From NCBI GenBank assembly GCA_001244265.2, contig CDLV01000020.1, forward strand, positions 372,001 to 436,000: DNA of 64,000 bases. Direction: 5' to 3'. Below are positions 25,961-40,560 of the stretch, one piece after another. A model generated the notes under the pieces. The model saw only the letters and a program-made list of their open reading frames with translations, was not told the origin of the DNA and ran no database searches. How positions within the stretch are numbered: position 1 is the first letter of the stretch; each line of letters starts with the position of its first letter. The position numbers were made by a program, and so were the translations under genes. The DNA is from Microbotryum violaceum (lineage: Eukaryota).

Positions 25961-28705
25961 ATGGACGCTCCTGCTCACAGCACGACCCACGCCGGTGATT
26001 TGGGCATCGCACCCTTCTCGCTGCCGACCCTGTCCGCAATTCACGCAACCGTAGCCAACGAGGAGGCCCATGAAATCGCCCACCCAACAGTTGAACACGC
26101 ACCAGATGGAACGGCGAACCCCGCCCTTTCGAAGCGGATATCGTCCGGTTCGTCCAGCTCCCAGCAGGAGAAACGGTCGTCCTCCTCGATCGCGACGCCG
26201 CCCAGATCGGCCAAGGATGTTCAGAAGTTCGGCGCGGGCGTCATTGGCGAGGATGGCTTCACCGATGAGGAGAGGCTCAGGGAGTCCAAGTATTTGACCG
26301 GCAGTGAGTGTTGTATCTTCTCTTGTACGCCCGTTGGCCTGGAGGAATTTCCCGATTCCGCAACCGCCGCCTCTGCTCCGCAACTTGACTCTTGGACATG
26401 CCCAGAAGCTGGGGATGGCCGGGGATGGCCGGCCGATCGACCCATTTGGCGCGCCGTTCATTTTGCGCTTGGTGGGAGCTGGATCGATCTCACGACCCGT
26501 CGCGCACAAGTATTAGGATTTACGATCAGCATTTGAATGCGCCGAAAGAAATCGCTTTGCTGACGTTGTACCTGTTTCTTTCGAGATTCGCGAACTAACG
26601 AGGCTTCTCATGTTTGTCTTGCTCTGTTCACCCCACTCCGGTTGTGACTCCTTCAATCAAATGCTCGCGTTCGGACCCGCTCCACAGAGAAACTTGCTAT
26701 CGTCTTCATCGGGGTGAGTACTCCCAACGTATGATGGATTCGGGACTGCGCTTTTCAAAGCTGACACGGATGCCTTCCGAACTGCTCGCAGATGTTGATG
26801 AGTGTATGGCTTATCGCCCTCGATCAAACTATTCTCGCGCCTGCTCTACCCGTACGTATTCTGCCTCGCAACAAATATGTTCTCTGTGAAACGCTTAGCT
26901 CATCCTCCTTATCCCACGCAAAACAGGTCATTGCTTCAAAGTTTAACGCGCTCGACCAAATCGCTTGGATTGCCTCAGGTGCGTGCTAGCGTCCTCGCGC
27001 CAGGCCGTTGCTCGCGACTGACCCGCCCAATTATCTCTCCCGGAACAGCCTACTTCTTGACGCAAACCGCCTTTCTCTTGCTCTGGGGTCAAATTCTCAC
27101 ACGTACGTCCATTTAAGGGCTTCAAGTAAGCTTGAAGGTCGTCTTACGCCCGGCCGTCCTCCCGCTCGGCAGTCTTCGATCGCAAGTGGAGTTTCCTCGT
27201 CGGTATCTCCCTCTTCGAGATAGGCTCACTCGTCTGTGCCGTCGCGCCGACGGTCAACGTTCTCATCTTTGGGCGAGCATTTGCCGGTGTGGGCGCGAGT
27301 TCCATCTTCGTCTCGTGCCTTTCCATCATCGCCGAAGTGACGCGTCTCGAGGACCGACCCAAGCTCTTTGGTCTCTTTGGTGCCGTGTTCGCCATCTCGT
27401 CCGTAATAGGACCCTTGTTGGGCGGTGCTTTCACCGATCACGTCACCTGGAGGCTGTGCTTCTGGAGTCAGTATATTCATCTTCTGCATCATGTTCGTGG
27501 GCATCGTCTGACATTGGTTGGTCGTTTCCGGCGCGCAGTCAACCTCCCCTTTGGTGCCGTTACCGTCGCCGCTATCCTATTCATCCTTGGCCCCCAACCC
27601 GCGCCGCCGCCATCGCCCAAAGTCATCGAGTTCACGACAAACAAAATCCGCCGCTGGACGTTCGGCAAAGCGACCTTCGCTCCCGAGTCGTTCGTCTTCC
27701 GTCTTGCTGCCATCGACTGGCTCGGCACATGGCTCATGCTCGTGAGCACCGTATTGTCCCAACACACGGCGAGGTACCTGAGCAATCCGCTGACTGAGCA
27801 TCATCTTCTCATAGGCCACCATCACGTGCCTCCTCTTGCCTTTGCAGTGGGGTGGCAACAAGTACAGTTGGAGTGACCCGGTCATCATCGGTTGCCTCTG
27901 CGCCTTCGCCGCGCTCGTCATCATCTTTGTCTTTGTCGAGTGGAAGGTTGCGGGCCCGACCTCAATCCTTCCCCTGCGCTTCTTCCGAAACCGCAGTCAA
28001 GTCGGCGCGTGCCTCGAGGCGTTCTGCCTCATGTTCTGCCTCTTGCTTGCGACCTACTACCTCCCCATCTTCTTCCAGGCGACCAAGGGCGTCTCGGCGA
28101 CCAAATCTGGTATCGACATCCTGCCTTACATGCTTGGCGTCGTCGTGGGGTCCGCGGTCTCGGGTGTCATCGTCTCCAAAGAAGGTCACTACAAGCCTTG
28201 GCTGTTCTTTGGCCCGTGGCTGTTGTGCATCGGCGCGGGCCTGCTCTACACCATCAAGGAGACGACCAAGAACTCGACTTTGATCGGATACCAGATCATC
28301 CTCGCCCTTGGAACTGGAGCGTGCTTGCAACAAACCATCATCGCTGTTCAAGCCGATTGTGCCAACCCCGACGACGTACCCCAAGCGACGGCGTTGGTCA
28401 CCTTTGCGCAACTCGTTGGCGGAACGATCGGAATCGCCATCTCCTCGACCGTGTTTGGTAGCAAACTGAGCTCCGCGCTCAAGGAGTTCGCTCCGACTGC
28501 GCCTTTCGACTTGGTCAGGAACTCGGTCGAGGCCGTCAAGACCTTGCCCGCCGATATCAAGCCCGCCGTCATCCATGCCTACGTCATCGCCCTGAACAAC
28601 GTCTTCGTCATAGGTGTCGCTGCCGGTGCTTTGGCAAGTCTGAGTGCGTTGTTGGTCAGGAATTTGAGTGTCAAGGGCCAAGCATTTGGCGCAGCTGCGG
28701 CCTAG
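25961..28705 (+). CDS. MFS drug:H+ antiporter, DHA2 (14-TMS) family, about 8 exons
   Basis: ALDQTILAPALP, WIASAYFLTQTAF, GRAFAGVG, GPLLGGAFTDHVTWRLCFWxNLPFG, LQWGGNKYSWS, YYLPIFFQ; 26-nt micro-exon at 26688-26713. Confidence 0.93.
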
Positions 28706-29001
28706 TTAGCCACAATGTTCAATTTGTGTACATGGTGATGTAATGTGTAAAAGGCATACTTCTCTTATTTATAATTCTCTTATCTATCGATGTACTGGGT
28801 CTGTAGATGTGGTCTCTCTTCATGCCCCCATATTCATTTTTTTTTTTTGGCTCTTGAGTCGAAATGTGCATAGCCTGTTCTTGGATCCATATTGCACCGA
28901 GTTTCTCATCCCTTTGGTCGTTCTGTAAAGCTCCAGAAGTCTTAAACTCGAAGGGAGGTAGAGTGCTAAACGGAGCGTCGTCTCGCCGTCTCGCGCACCC
29001 T

Positions 29002-32000
29002 TCACAGACCCTCGGACAAACTCTTCACCCTCTGGCGCACCTCCTCAACTTCGAGATCCTCCCAATCCTCCGACTCCAAATCCCACTCGAGGAACCTCCT
29101 AGCTATTAACTCACTCTCCCTCAAATCATCCGCCTCTTCCTCGCTCAATGCTTCGTTCACGAGAGTCGCGATCTCGAATTTCTGAATCAACTCCGTCACT
29201 TGAATCGCGCGTTCAATCGTACGGTCGTCGACACCGAAGAGGGAGGCGCAGGCCGCGGCGTGTGAGTTTAGCGATAGGCCGGGCATAACTCTGTTGATTG
29301 CGAGAAGAAGCACATTTTCAGTGTGAAAAAATTCGGCTCAATATAAAGGAAATTTGTTCCCGGCTTACTTGAAGAGATAGGTCACTTCGGCTGAGCACGT
29401 GCTCCCGCTTGAAGAAGTTCCACGTCCGGTGGTTCGAACACCTTTCACACTGTTCGGGCGTGAGGTCGTCACCGTCGAATTATTGACGATGATTTGCATG
29501 TGAGCGAAACCTATCCTAGACTTGTCACTGAGTAGATCGTTCGCGAACACGCTGTGGAAATGAGTTGCTGCGAGAGTTCTGGGAGCTTGAGGACCCCTGT
29601 CGACGAGGTGCTGTAGCGTCGCGCAGAACAGTCCCGCGCCGTCATTGCTTTCGGTACCTTTACCGAACTCGTCGAGAAGGAGTAGAGAACGAGGCGTAGC
29701 GTTGCGTAGGGCGTAAGATATCTGTTGGCAGTCGATCATGAAGGCAGAGGAACCTCGAGCGATCGATTCACGGGTCGAGACGCGAGTCAGGAGCCGATCC
29801 GTAAGGCCGATCGTCGCTTGTTCGCAAGGAACGAATGACCCAAGGTGGGCCATGAAGGTGATGATCGCCATTTGTTTGAGGTAAACACTTTTTCCACTGA
29901 AATTGGCCCCCTAGATTACGGTTATTGAGATTTGCATTAGCTCATAGGGGTAGGTCAGATTCCTCGGCGCAGTGTGCTCACCGTCACAACCATCACACTA
30001 GAGTCTCTGCGAGCTTCGTCAACCCCTTCGATTTCTTCCGAATCGGCCCTCGCTTCCTCCTCCGTAGTCATAACCGCACCACCGACTAGTCTGACGTCGT
30101 TTCGGACAAAGCTATCCACACAAAGCTCTACGAGCGGATGCCGACCACCTCGGATATCGAGCACTGGCTCCTCCACTACAGAAGGGCGTGTCCAGTCGTA
30201 AAGTCGAGCGCATTCGGCGAACGAAAGTAAGCTATCGTGCAAACGAGGTCAGTCCTTTTCTCCGGGACGAATCGATCGAGATGTTGGTTCTTTAAGCATA
30301 CCAATCAAGCTCGGTTAACGTTTCTGCAGTAGCAATGATGGTCGTCTCGTGCTCGCGGAGTTGAGTGAGTAAATCTTGCGCAATTTGAATCTCTTTGTCT
30401 GCCCGGCGAAGATTTGGACGTGAGCTTGCTTTGGACTAGAGTGTTCAAATTATAAACCTTACCGACAATGTTGGAATGTATGTCACCTATATGACGATCG
30501 AGATCGTAGCATTCGTTGCTTTTGAAATACGCGTAATCCTCGGTAACGAACTGGCCTCGCTCGGCAGTCTCGGGGGGGTTAAATGAAGAATTTGACCAGG
30601 TTGGCGAAATCACACTCACTTGAAATGACCATCCGACGGGACCGTAGTTCTCCGCTTGGATCACCTCTTCCGTATATGGAACCACGATCAGGTAACCAAG
30701 TTGAGGAAAATAGACGACGCTGAGAGTTTGCACGAAGCTCGAGTCGATGTCGAGACTGATCCGCTGGGCAATCTTGGACTTTTGAGATAGTTTGACGCGA
30801 GTATCAGGAACGCTCGTCAAGTCCTTGCGCTCGTCAAGTCCTTGCGCTCGTCATTGACCATGTCTCACTCACGAGTAATGAAGAGAGTCCGTTGTAAGTT
30901 CGTCGAAGCTCATCGAGGTCCATATCAATACCTGGTCGAATGATGACATGTATCTTTTGCGCCGAGGACTCGTCCCAATCGATCTGTGCGGTCAAGATGG
31001 CAGCGAATGAGCGAATTCACCCCGGGTGAGGATTGCTTTGAACGCCTTACGGTATCGTTGATCTTTCCTCCGATTTCCTCAAATACTTGAGGTGAAAATG
31101 AGTTCAAGCACTGCGGGTTCGAGAAGACAAATGAGCGCTTCCAGTGGGGCCACGGATAAGTGCTCAAACTGACCTTCTCCACAATTGACACCCCTTTCCG
31201 ATGCGCAAGGCTCAGCACCACATCTCGAATAGTGATTGAGCCGTTGATGAACTGCCCATTTCACGTACATAATATTCATCTTATATGCCACTGACTGTTA
31301 TGAGAGAAGTGAAGCGCACCTGTAAGATTTGATTCCACTCGATACTTCCGCCTCGGCCGGCGCCTAGGGCCCGGAGCGCAGCAGGCGCGTTTTTGATTCT
31401 TTTGAGGTTGCTTTGGATCGCGTCCGCAATATGCTCTGCGAGGTGGAATTGTTATGATACAATGGTTTGAGTGGAGAAACAAACCAACATATCGAAGAAG
31501 GTGCAGCTCACGATTTTCTGCACGGAGGAAGCACTCGACAGCGTTCTGGCGAGCGGCGATCATCTCCATGTCGAGGAGAGGTCGGAGGAACCACGTGCGG
31601 AGCAAAGCCCGACCTGGACCGGTTCGAGCAAGATTCATGATACCTGCCATTGTCAATGTTTTAAGATCAACCTGATCTCTCTCCCAGCATTGACGTTCTT
31701 CAGATGTAGTGATACCCAACTCACCGAACAATGAGAGTCCTTCTTTCTTTGCAGAGGAATGAGTCGAGGCGTGGCTTTCGTCGCGAAAAATTTGCAAGGA
31801 CCTGTGCACCGACCAATATAGCTCGAATCGTAAACCTGAAAGAAGAATAATGAAGTAAGGAACAGTCACTCACGTCAAAGCTTCCGAGTTGAGAAGCATC
31901 ATACGATCTCTGAGGGTAGTACGATCGTCAACTTCAGCCATCAAGTGCCTACGGGTGGGAGATCTCAGGCTTGGACGGGTACCCACAGCTGCATCAACTT

Positions 32001-33110
32001 GAGACTAGTGATCGTTAAGCCAACATCAGAACCCAACTCGCCTTCGTCCGAGAGTTGCTTCGAGATGTGGCCGAGCAATGCCCCCGCACATCCGAGCGTG
32101 AGCGGACTGTCTCCTAAACTGTTGAGGAAGCCCTCGAGTCGGAGCCCCATTTGTCGCCTCATGCGCTCATTATCGTATCGGACACCTTGCGTCTTGGCTC
32201 GCTTATTGGACTGAAAATCGTAGGCGTTCGAGGAGCGCGTTCGAGTCCCCGTTGAAGAGTCACGGGTGGACTTTGGTGCGCCGTACAAGTTCGTTTCGGG
32301 ATCCGAGTCGCCGTCGTCGGACCCATCGGCGTACATCCCATTCTCAACGATGTTCAGCTGGAGTAAAGCGTTCTTGCCCTGACCTGCATAAAACTCGCGA
32401 GCAGGGCGATACTCGAGTCGGATCGGCGAGTCCGAAACGATCGTACCTTCGCCGTCCGTAGAGGTGACTCCTCCACCGCCACGGGTCGTCATCGAGCTCG
32501 AACTTGACGTTGCCGAAGGATCGGGTAAGGTCGCCAATACTTGTTCGAGCACTTCGTGAAACCTCGAATCGGCATTCGTTGAAGTGATCACATTACTGGG
32601 TTGAGTTTGCTCGAGCACTGTGAATAACCGACATCGTCCGTGGTGCACCAGACAGGAGTCGTTTCGCATTGTCAGCGATTGGTGCGAGACGAACGACGCT
32701 GGACGAGCTGCCTCACCCATTCGGACCAGATCCCATTGCTGACCATCTTGTTGATCTTGAAGGAAATGGATCACGTTCCTACTACGATCGTAGTAGCAAC
32801 ATCCGACGCGGTTCTTGAGTGCGGTGATGGCGAGAAAAATTCCCAGTTCGGGTTTGGTGTCACCTTCTCGTGTGTCGAGATCATCGTCTGCAATTCGATT
32901 TTCAGAAGCACTCTGACCAGTAGAAGAATTTCTATAGGTAGATACTCGATTTGAGAGAGGTGAGCTGTCGAATCGGACTCGGCGGTCGCGAGAGGTGACC
33001 GAGAACTGTGGGGTCGCCTTGGCGGGGTGGGAGCGATCAAAACCCGAGGGCGTCGGCGTAGGCGAGGGTGAAGGGCGAAGGAACATGGGTGGTTGGGACG
33101 AGGATGGCAT
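29002..33110 (-). CDS. MSH5: MutS homolog 5 (meiotic crossover protein), many exons
   Basis: GANFSGKSVYLKQ, AHLGSFVP, SSAFMIDCQQI, LDEFGKGT, KEGLSLFG, LRTWFLRPL, VYFPQLGYL, GRHPLVEL. Confidence 0.93.
30811..30853. repeat. 17-bp tandem repeat x2.5 (CGCTCGTCAAGTCCTTG) inside an MSH5 intron
   Basis: Read directly from the sequence. Confidence 0.85.
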
Positions 33111-34445
33111 GGTAGGTGAGCATGGGGGCCGGGACGAGCGAGGAACAATGAGGCGTGGACTGGAGCAGATGATCGAAGAAGGCCACTGCAGAAGATGGGT
33201 CAACTTGGTCAAAGCTCGCCCGGCCTTGGGCTGCCCGTCTTCCGAAAGGAGCTCGGTTGCCGTACGACCGACCGGCACGGTTACATGATCCTCCTTACGC
33301 GATTCTCTTTTTGAGATTTCAGAAAAACAACATATTTTACAGCCACATACCGTGGACTACCCGGTACTATTATAGCTCCGGGCAATATTAGCGACCATTC
33401 TGGAACGAGGTCGACTTCCCGGGAGGTCCGTGCGTTTCCACCCGCCTCGCACGGCACGCGTACGACCTTGCGTCGTGGCCGTCGCGCGGCTCTCCGTCCT
33501 GCTTTCTTCACAAACAAACGCAATTATAACCTCGACGCATATAAAAGCACGCCACGAGTATAGGAGGACCGGGAACTTTGTTCTTCGTTGTCCTCCGATG
33601 GCTCTATACGGCGCCGTAAATGTCGTTGTAGAGCAAGATGAAGGACGGACGGGAGGGGGAGGATCTTTTTGGGCCTTTGGGCCTGATTGGATTGTCCTCA
33701 TTTTTTTTTTTTTGATCCTTTGCGACTTGGGACTTGGGTGCGGCGCACTTCTGAAGCCATGGCTATGCCTTTTTCACGAAGGTGCCATGTTTGGCGTGGA
33801 GGGGTCGCAATGTCTCGCGTTATATCTCATGTTCGTTGTGTCTGGGTGATGCCGGCGGCGGGAGGGACAGGTCGTTTTCCTCCCCCGTCACTTCTGGCTA
33901 GCACGGCGCTTTCTCTATCTAGCTTGTAGTAGTGGGGTTCTGTCCTGTTTGATGAATATAATCCACGATCGTCCGTTTCATCTTCTGTTTTTGATGTTGC
34001 GAGACTTGGGTACGCTCCAACGGCTTGATGGACTCTTGAGAGCCGTCAACGTGCCTGCGAAGCTCCCCTCGGCCCGCGCGCCGCCCAGCACGGCAACTTG
34101 CTCCAAAAATCTGACTTTTGTAAAGAGAGATACGCGACTTGTGCTAGGTAAAAAGCGCCGATTTTTAAGAGTGCTACTGAAAAAGCTGTTTTGTTTGTTT
34201 TAAGTTTTTTTTTTTTCTATGCAAGACAAAGTTTGTTGAGACGCAGCAGCCGACAGCGCTTACACGTCGAAAGGGCGGGGGCGAGTGAAGGGTGCTTTCA
34301 AGGCAATCGCGTCGACTCAACCGCTCTGCAGCTTTTGATTTTTGGCTCGATACAACACCACCACCACCACCTCACGTCGTCTCGAAGGCTTTCTTTTCAA
34401 AATCAGGGCGAACGAAAAGTCCAAGCAGCCACCAAGGAACAGCTC

Positions 34446-37269
34446 ATGTCACCCGATGCTGCTTCGCCTGATCAGGGAGGCACGGAGGCTTCGACCTCGA
34501 CTTTGGCTGTTCAGCTGATGCAGATACACGAGGATGTCGAGATGAGTGATGCGGCTTTGGTCCAAGAAAAAATAACGCGACTTTCACCGGTCAAGATTGA
34601 GCATGATGAGCTTGGGATGGGGCTCGATCGAAGGACAGGGACGAGTCAAAGCCCTAGTGATGAAGAGGGGGAACCGGACGAGGCTGATGGGGAAAGGGAG
34701 GGTGAGGTCGAAGCTGAGGATGCGGTACAAGGCGAGGATAAAGTGGCTCAACTTCAGGTATCGCGCAAGGTGAGTCAGAGTGTGTTTGCGGGTACAGCAC
34801 AGTTGGCTCTTCCGGAGTGAGGCGCTCGCTCACGTGACTTTGGCTGACTGCGACTTTCTCTTCTGTGCATAGGTCCGCAAGCCGCCCCGAAAGAAACGAT
34901 GGACAAGCATCACTCCCGCTCAGAAACGTAAAGATAAGGAAAAACGATCCGCAGCCGCTGCGAAGGGAGGGAGAGGGTCCGGATCGCTCGAGTCGACACC
35001 GGCGGCCTCACCTGGGCCGAGCGAATGGGGCGAGTTGGAGAGGGAGGATTCGAAGGAGTTGGGGATCGGACCTTCTTCGTCCTTGGCAGCGAATGGGAGA
35101 CCGGTCTTGTCGAATGTGATGGGGAGGCCGGCGCTTGCCACGACCGGATCGGGGCCCAACTCGCCCTTGCTTGCTGCTGGCTTTCCCTACTCCAGTCGAG
35201 CCCAAGGCTACATCATCCCTGACTCTTCCGTCGAAGCAGGACCACCGACGGTCTTGCCTTCCACACAGCCTCTCTCGGCACCTTTTGCAGTGTACCAAGC
35301 TCCCGGACCGAGGAATTTTGATGAGGAAGAAGACGAGGAGGCTCGAGCGAATGCTGCAGCGCTCGCTAGGAGGAAGGCCATGATGAAGAATCGCACTGGG
35401 GGCGGAGGAGCCAATGCCGCCGCCGAGGCGCAAGAAGATGACGAGACCGACGATCGACTTTACTGCGTTTGCAAGAAGCTGTATGATGCCGAGGTTAGTT
35501 GCCGTGGCCGTTCATGAGCAGGTGATTCTTTCCAGGCAAAGATGCTGATCGTTCCGCCCCTTTTTGACAGAGGACAATGATTGCATGTGACAAGTGAGTG
35601 CCGTCCAAGATGAGCATATGCGCTACATGATCCGAAAACATCTCTTTCCCATTCCACAATGCAGATGCGAGAACTGGTACCATCTCGAGTGCGTGCACAT
35701 CCCGGACTACATGGTCGAACTCGTCGATTGGTTCTTTTGCCCTCCGTGCACCCAAGGTAAGCGAATAAAGGAGGGCAAAGCCCATCTCGTCATCAAAGCT
35801 AATGCCAGCTATACTGTTTCGTGTACGTTTCGACCTACAGCGTTCGGCAAACAAACGACGTGGAAACCTCGCTGCGCGCGACCGACCTGTCCTCGTGCCG
35901 TTGCTCCCTTGTCCAAGTTTTGTTCCGACTTTTGCGGGATCGAGATGGCGTCGGTCCGGATCGAGGCGGCCAAGACGGATCCGGAGAGGTATTGGACCTA
36001 TGTCGCTGGCGCGAGGAAGAGGTGCGCCCAGGTTTTGCATGTCAATTTGCCTGCCCCGGGTGGGGATCCGACGATCATGCCTGAGGAAGAGGACGACCGC
36101 GAGGAGGAATCGTCGATGAGGGGCAAGATATGGAACTCGGCGCTGGATGAGGAGAGTATGCAGCGTCAGAACGAGGAGGATCGGTTCGTCCGTGCCGAGT
36201 TGGACACCAAGTTGGATGAGGTTGAGAGGAGGAGGGAGGTGTTGTTGAGGGAGAAGGGGTTGATCGATAAGCGGCTGGTATACCTCCAGATCGCCATCAG
36301 CAGATGGGAAGCTCTGTGTCAAGCGACGGCGGATGCATTGGCGCAGGAAGGAAATGAAGGGAATGAAGGGAATAACGACGCGCCTGCGCACCCGCCCACC
36401 GGAGACAAACAGGAGGAAATCTCGACACCAAATCCGTCGACAACTGAGGTGCCAGCACAGTCGAAGAAGAAGAGCAACAAGGGCAAGGGATCCAAGGTCA
36501 ACCGACCCAAAAAGCCGATATTGGCAATCAACCTTCCCGAAGCACAATGCGGCTTTGACTCGCGGATTGTTCTGGACGATCCCGTCTGGGAAGAGTGGAT
36601 CGAAACGGACGAGGCGAGGAGAGTGTTCGAGAAAGGGGAAGCTGATGCATTGGCGCGGGCAGAAGGAGGGGCGACTACACCAACGATGGGTGCTTCGATG
36701 ATAGGTCTGGATGACGATGGATTGCAGAACGTCTGCATGTGGCCGAGGAAAGAGTGCCCGAGACACCAGGCATGGCAGAAAGTGAGGGAGGCGGATTTCC
36801 AAGTCGAGCGGGCGGTACTGGTCAGTTCGATTAAGCTGCTCGTCCCCTCCGAAAACTAGGCTGACTCCAGGCTACGTGAAACACGCAGGAACGACGCCTC
36901 GATCGACTCGCAATGCAAGAGTCTCGCCTGCGAGCGCAATCCTCGGACCACGCCGAAGCCGTTGCGTTCCGATCCTACTGCCGCCAAAACAAGCCCATTG
37001 CCCCACTCTCCGTCTCGGACCTCGTCGTGACTCCTATGAAACGCACGTCGTCCAAGAATCGCCTCGCGCGATCGCTGGTCACGGGTGAAGACCCCTTCCC
37101 CGAGGCGAGAAAGAACCCATACGAGCTATTCCCGGGCCTGGAGAGGATCGAGGAACGCCCAGCGCCTACAGTATCGAATGCGAAACAGGGTGGGCAGAAG
37201 AAGGACATTTTTGAGATCGTGCAGGATGGTGGGGAGGGAAAGAGGCTCAAGGTCGTTAAGAAGAGGTAA
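34446..37269 (+). CDS. SPP1: COMPASS/Set1C PHD-finger subunit Spp1/CXXC1-like
   Basis: Spliced PHD LYCVCKK..MIACDKCENWYHLECV...FFCPPC (23-nt micro-exon 35571-35593); CARPTC...SKFCSDFCG; C-terminal C...KECPRHQAW. Confidence 0.88.
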
Positions 37270-37509
37270 AGCTGGATCTTGTTGTTGGAATGACGAGCAG
37301 AGCTCCGTCTTCCGGGCAATTCGGGGAGATCCTGCCGAGCGCATCGCACGTGATTTCCACGAAAGTAGTAGTGCTTCGTATGTTACGAAACAACAATATG
37401 AAACATGCCCATATCAAAACGAGTTTCTACAACCGGAAATTGGGCCATGGAACGACTCCGAACAGCCTGCCTAGAAAGTCAGCAGGAGAGAGACGTAAGC
37501 GCTTCAGCG

Positions 37510-39308
37510 ACAGTCGAGCCCAATGAAGTCGAGTCCCGTAGTGTCGATGGTGGCCACGTCGGAGGAGAGGGAGCAACAACTCTTTGCCCACATGGGCAAA
37601 CCTCCCCGATCGCGGGGAGCAGGAGAAGACGCCGGTGGCCGCTTCCCCCGATCTTTCGTTCGTTTGGGCGTAGTCAGAGGACCCAACGTTGGTGGAAGGC
37701 ACGCCTCCGTCGCCTCAACGCGCATACTCGCAGATTGCAGTGACGATTGAGGTGAAAGAGAGCAACACGAAGAGCGCAGAAGCGCGTAACCAAGTGCTTA
37801 GGCGGCTACACATGATCTGCACGACCGCACTCCGCGCCCACGCGATCGGGGTCACCCTTTGCGGGGACGTACTTCAAGTCTACCTCGTCAACGCGTGTGG
37901 GGTGGGGTGTTCACGACGAGCGCCCGCAAGTGCGGTCAGGAAGCCGTGCTGCTCCGGCGCGTGCTGTCACACCTCATCGAACTCGACGACAACGGGCTCG
38001 GGATGCTGGCCTCGACGAACGAGGTCGACGATGGTTTCGGCAATTTTGTCGTCTCGGACAAGTTCCTCCCACCCCGCGCCCACGACTTCGAGTCCGAGCT
38101 CGGCGATATCTCAAATCTCGAGATCCAGGAGCTCCTCTTCCGACGTCGAAGCTGCACGGGTCGTGCAACCTCCGCTTTTCGCGTTACCGCAAGACACGCG
38201 CCTGTCGACCCCACGTCGATCAGCTTGCCTACATCTGCCACCGAGTACGCTATGACAGTCGCATGGGCTGAGCAATCCCGCCTCGACGATGCGATTGCCC
38301 TATGTCGCAAGATGCACGCTGCGTCGCGTATCGGCACCGAGGGTTTAAGCCTTAGCGCCGGCATCTACCGGGACGGCTTGCGCACGCTTCCGGCCTCCTT
38401 CGGCGAGGATGAAAGCTTCGATGGTATCAATCCCCGGGCACTCGAGCTGGTCTTCCATCAACAGTGTTATTGGCCCCTCAACACGGCGACCACGACCAGG
38501 GAACTCGCCCAGGCCGTACTTGGAGTCGTCAAAGGTGAGCACAAGGATCAACTGGGCGGCCTTGCGTTTGCGGTGCCTAGCCGACACGCCCATTCCCATG
38601 ACAATGCAGGACACCGAAATCTCTACAAGCTGGGGTATATTCACCGCGATATTTCGAAGGATAACGTCGTCATCGACCGCGACGGTGTCGGCGTTCTTAT
38701 CGACTATCACGTCGCCGTCCCGCATGATCGACCCTGCACCGAGCTGCAACACAAAACACGATCCGTGAGTCCTCCCTTCTGTATGTTTCCCCGAATGAAG
38801 TTTCTGACAAGCACTGACCTTTGGACTATACGACGTCTCACAGGGCACGTGGCCCTACCTCGCCTGCTCGATCCTCGCCCAGCCGCATCAGCCGCTCGGT
38901 GTCGTCCACGAACGGTGGCACGACATCGAGTCGCTGTTCTACGTCGTAATGGAATCTTAGTTCCGCGAGCCTTATCAGGGCAACAATGAAGAGCTTGTCA
39001 TGACGCCAAAGGGTCAGATTATCTGGGGGGACTGGAACGAACCATCTGCGCGCAAAGTCTATGAGATCAAAGAAAAGCTTCGCATGAACAAAACTTACAG
39101 ATCTGTACTCGAAGGTTGCGCACAGCGATTAACAAGCATCCGCCTACTCCTTGACATCTTGAGACGCAATTGCGGCCTCGATAGCCGGTTTCTTGGTCTT
39201 GAGGTGGCTGAGGAAGATTCCGAACTGGGGGAGTTGTGGGGTCCATCCAAGGCGATGTCGCACGAGTCCATCATCTCGGACATTGAGCAGCTGCTTCCCT
39301 TGCTCTGA
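37510..39308 (+). pseudogene. Fungal-type protein kinase (FunK1) copy 1, disrupted
   Basis: IHRDISKDN, LIDYH, GTWPYLA, HDIES. TAG at 37671 and 38958, a 5-nt duplication at ~37898-37907, and ~270-bp and ~25-bp deletions relative to copy 2. Confidence 0.88.
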
Positions 39309-39819
39309 AGTGACCACCTTTGCGCTGAGCTTAAACCTAGTCGCTCGTTGTTAGTTCCGATTATTGCAATAGATACCCAAGGTCCCTTTCCGTCCGTTGC
39401 AGTATAATTCCGGGAGGGACGAAGGACCAAGGACCGGTGCCTTCATTTGACTTGACTGCGCAAAGTTTCTGGCCTAAATTGTAATCTGAGAGGGCCCTTA
39501 CATCATAAAGGTTTCGTTCATAGGGGGCTTGGTTTTTGGAAATTTACCAGGTTTACTTTCATGTCCCGTAGCCTGAACCAACGAAATGGAACCCAAAGCC
39601 CAGCATCAAAATCCTGTCTTTGATCTCACGGACCCTGCAGAGGACTTGCCAACCTAGGTCAAGTGTGAGCACAGTGACGTTCAAGAAATGAAGCGCTCGA
39701 ACAAGATCCCATTCTCACCAACTATTCATGTTTATGCAGCAGCGAATGCTTCTTTCGCGACATGACCGACTCCCAAATTCCGTTGATCTCCAGATGCGCC
39801 GACTGTGTCCACATACTCT

Positions 39820-40560
39820 ACATCAATTGCCCCGGAAAGGTCACTTTTTCTTGCGGGACGGGAAGGTGCAATAGGCTGATAAAACACGGTGCCTGTACCA
39901 TGTCGTTCGCGTGGTGGCTTCCGTAATCAACGCGGTTCGAGTCGGGACGGTGTAGCGGAGCGTGAGCTATGTTGCTCGATGGGGACGGCGAGGAATGCGA
40001 CGGGACTCGGCTGAAGCCAGCGATGCGACTCGGACTCGCAACGCCTGGCATAGGATCAGAGTTAGTCTCAGGCCTTCTCTCATATGGTAGCAGTGCTGTT
40101 GCTAGAAACCGACGCAGCTCAATAACATCGAGGCGAGATGTGTACCGTTAGCGGTGAAAAACGTCGATGAACGAAGGCGCTAATCTGGTCGAGGTAGAGC
40201 AAGACTTGAAAGAGCGCTGGCATTTCAAGTCGCTTGATCACATAAAGCGCCACGTTTGGGTCCGCACGGGCGATGATGAATGTGCGGATGCCGGGCCAAG
40301 CGAGGCGCTCGAAGTGTGGGATGGAGCGCACAGAGCATGACTCCGAGATGCGGAAGTTCTTGAGATCTGGGTAGATGGGTGGCATAGATTGGTTGAAGAA
40401 AAGGTCTTGGTAGTCAACCTGTGTCATATGATGGGGGGAGAAACTAAACATTCCGATACTGGTGTGGTGGCCTCATTATGGCCTTCTCGCCAGTATGAGA
40501 ACCAGATGGCAGATCAACTTGACGAGCTCGGGAGGCAGCGACGACGCGAGGAAGATGCGG
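39820..40560 (-). pseudogene. F-box (possibly LRR-type) gene remnant between the two kinases
   Basis: SLPPELVKLICHLV at ~40500-40541 followed by stops; downstream ORF 40119-40451 has LRR-like PDLKNFRI / PGIRTFII / MPALFQVLL segments. Confidence 0.35.

Noticed and set aside
35495-36802. 435-aa antisense ORF, and similar long antisense ORFs over GEA2, the MFS gene and the ABC gene
   Set aside because: Shadow ORFs of GC-rich coding sequence on the opposite strand.
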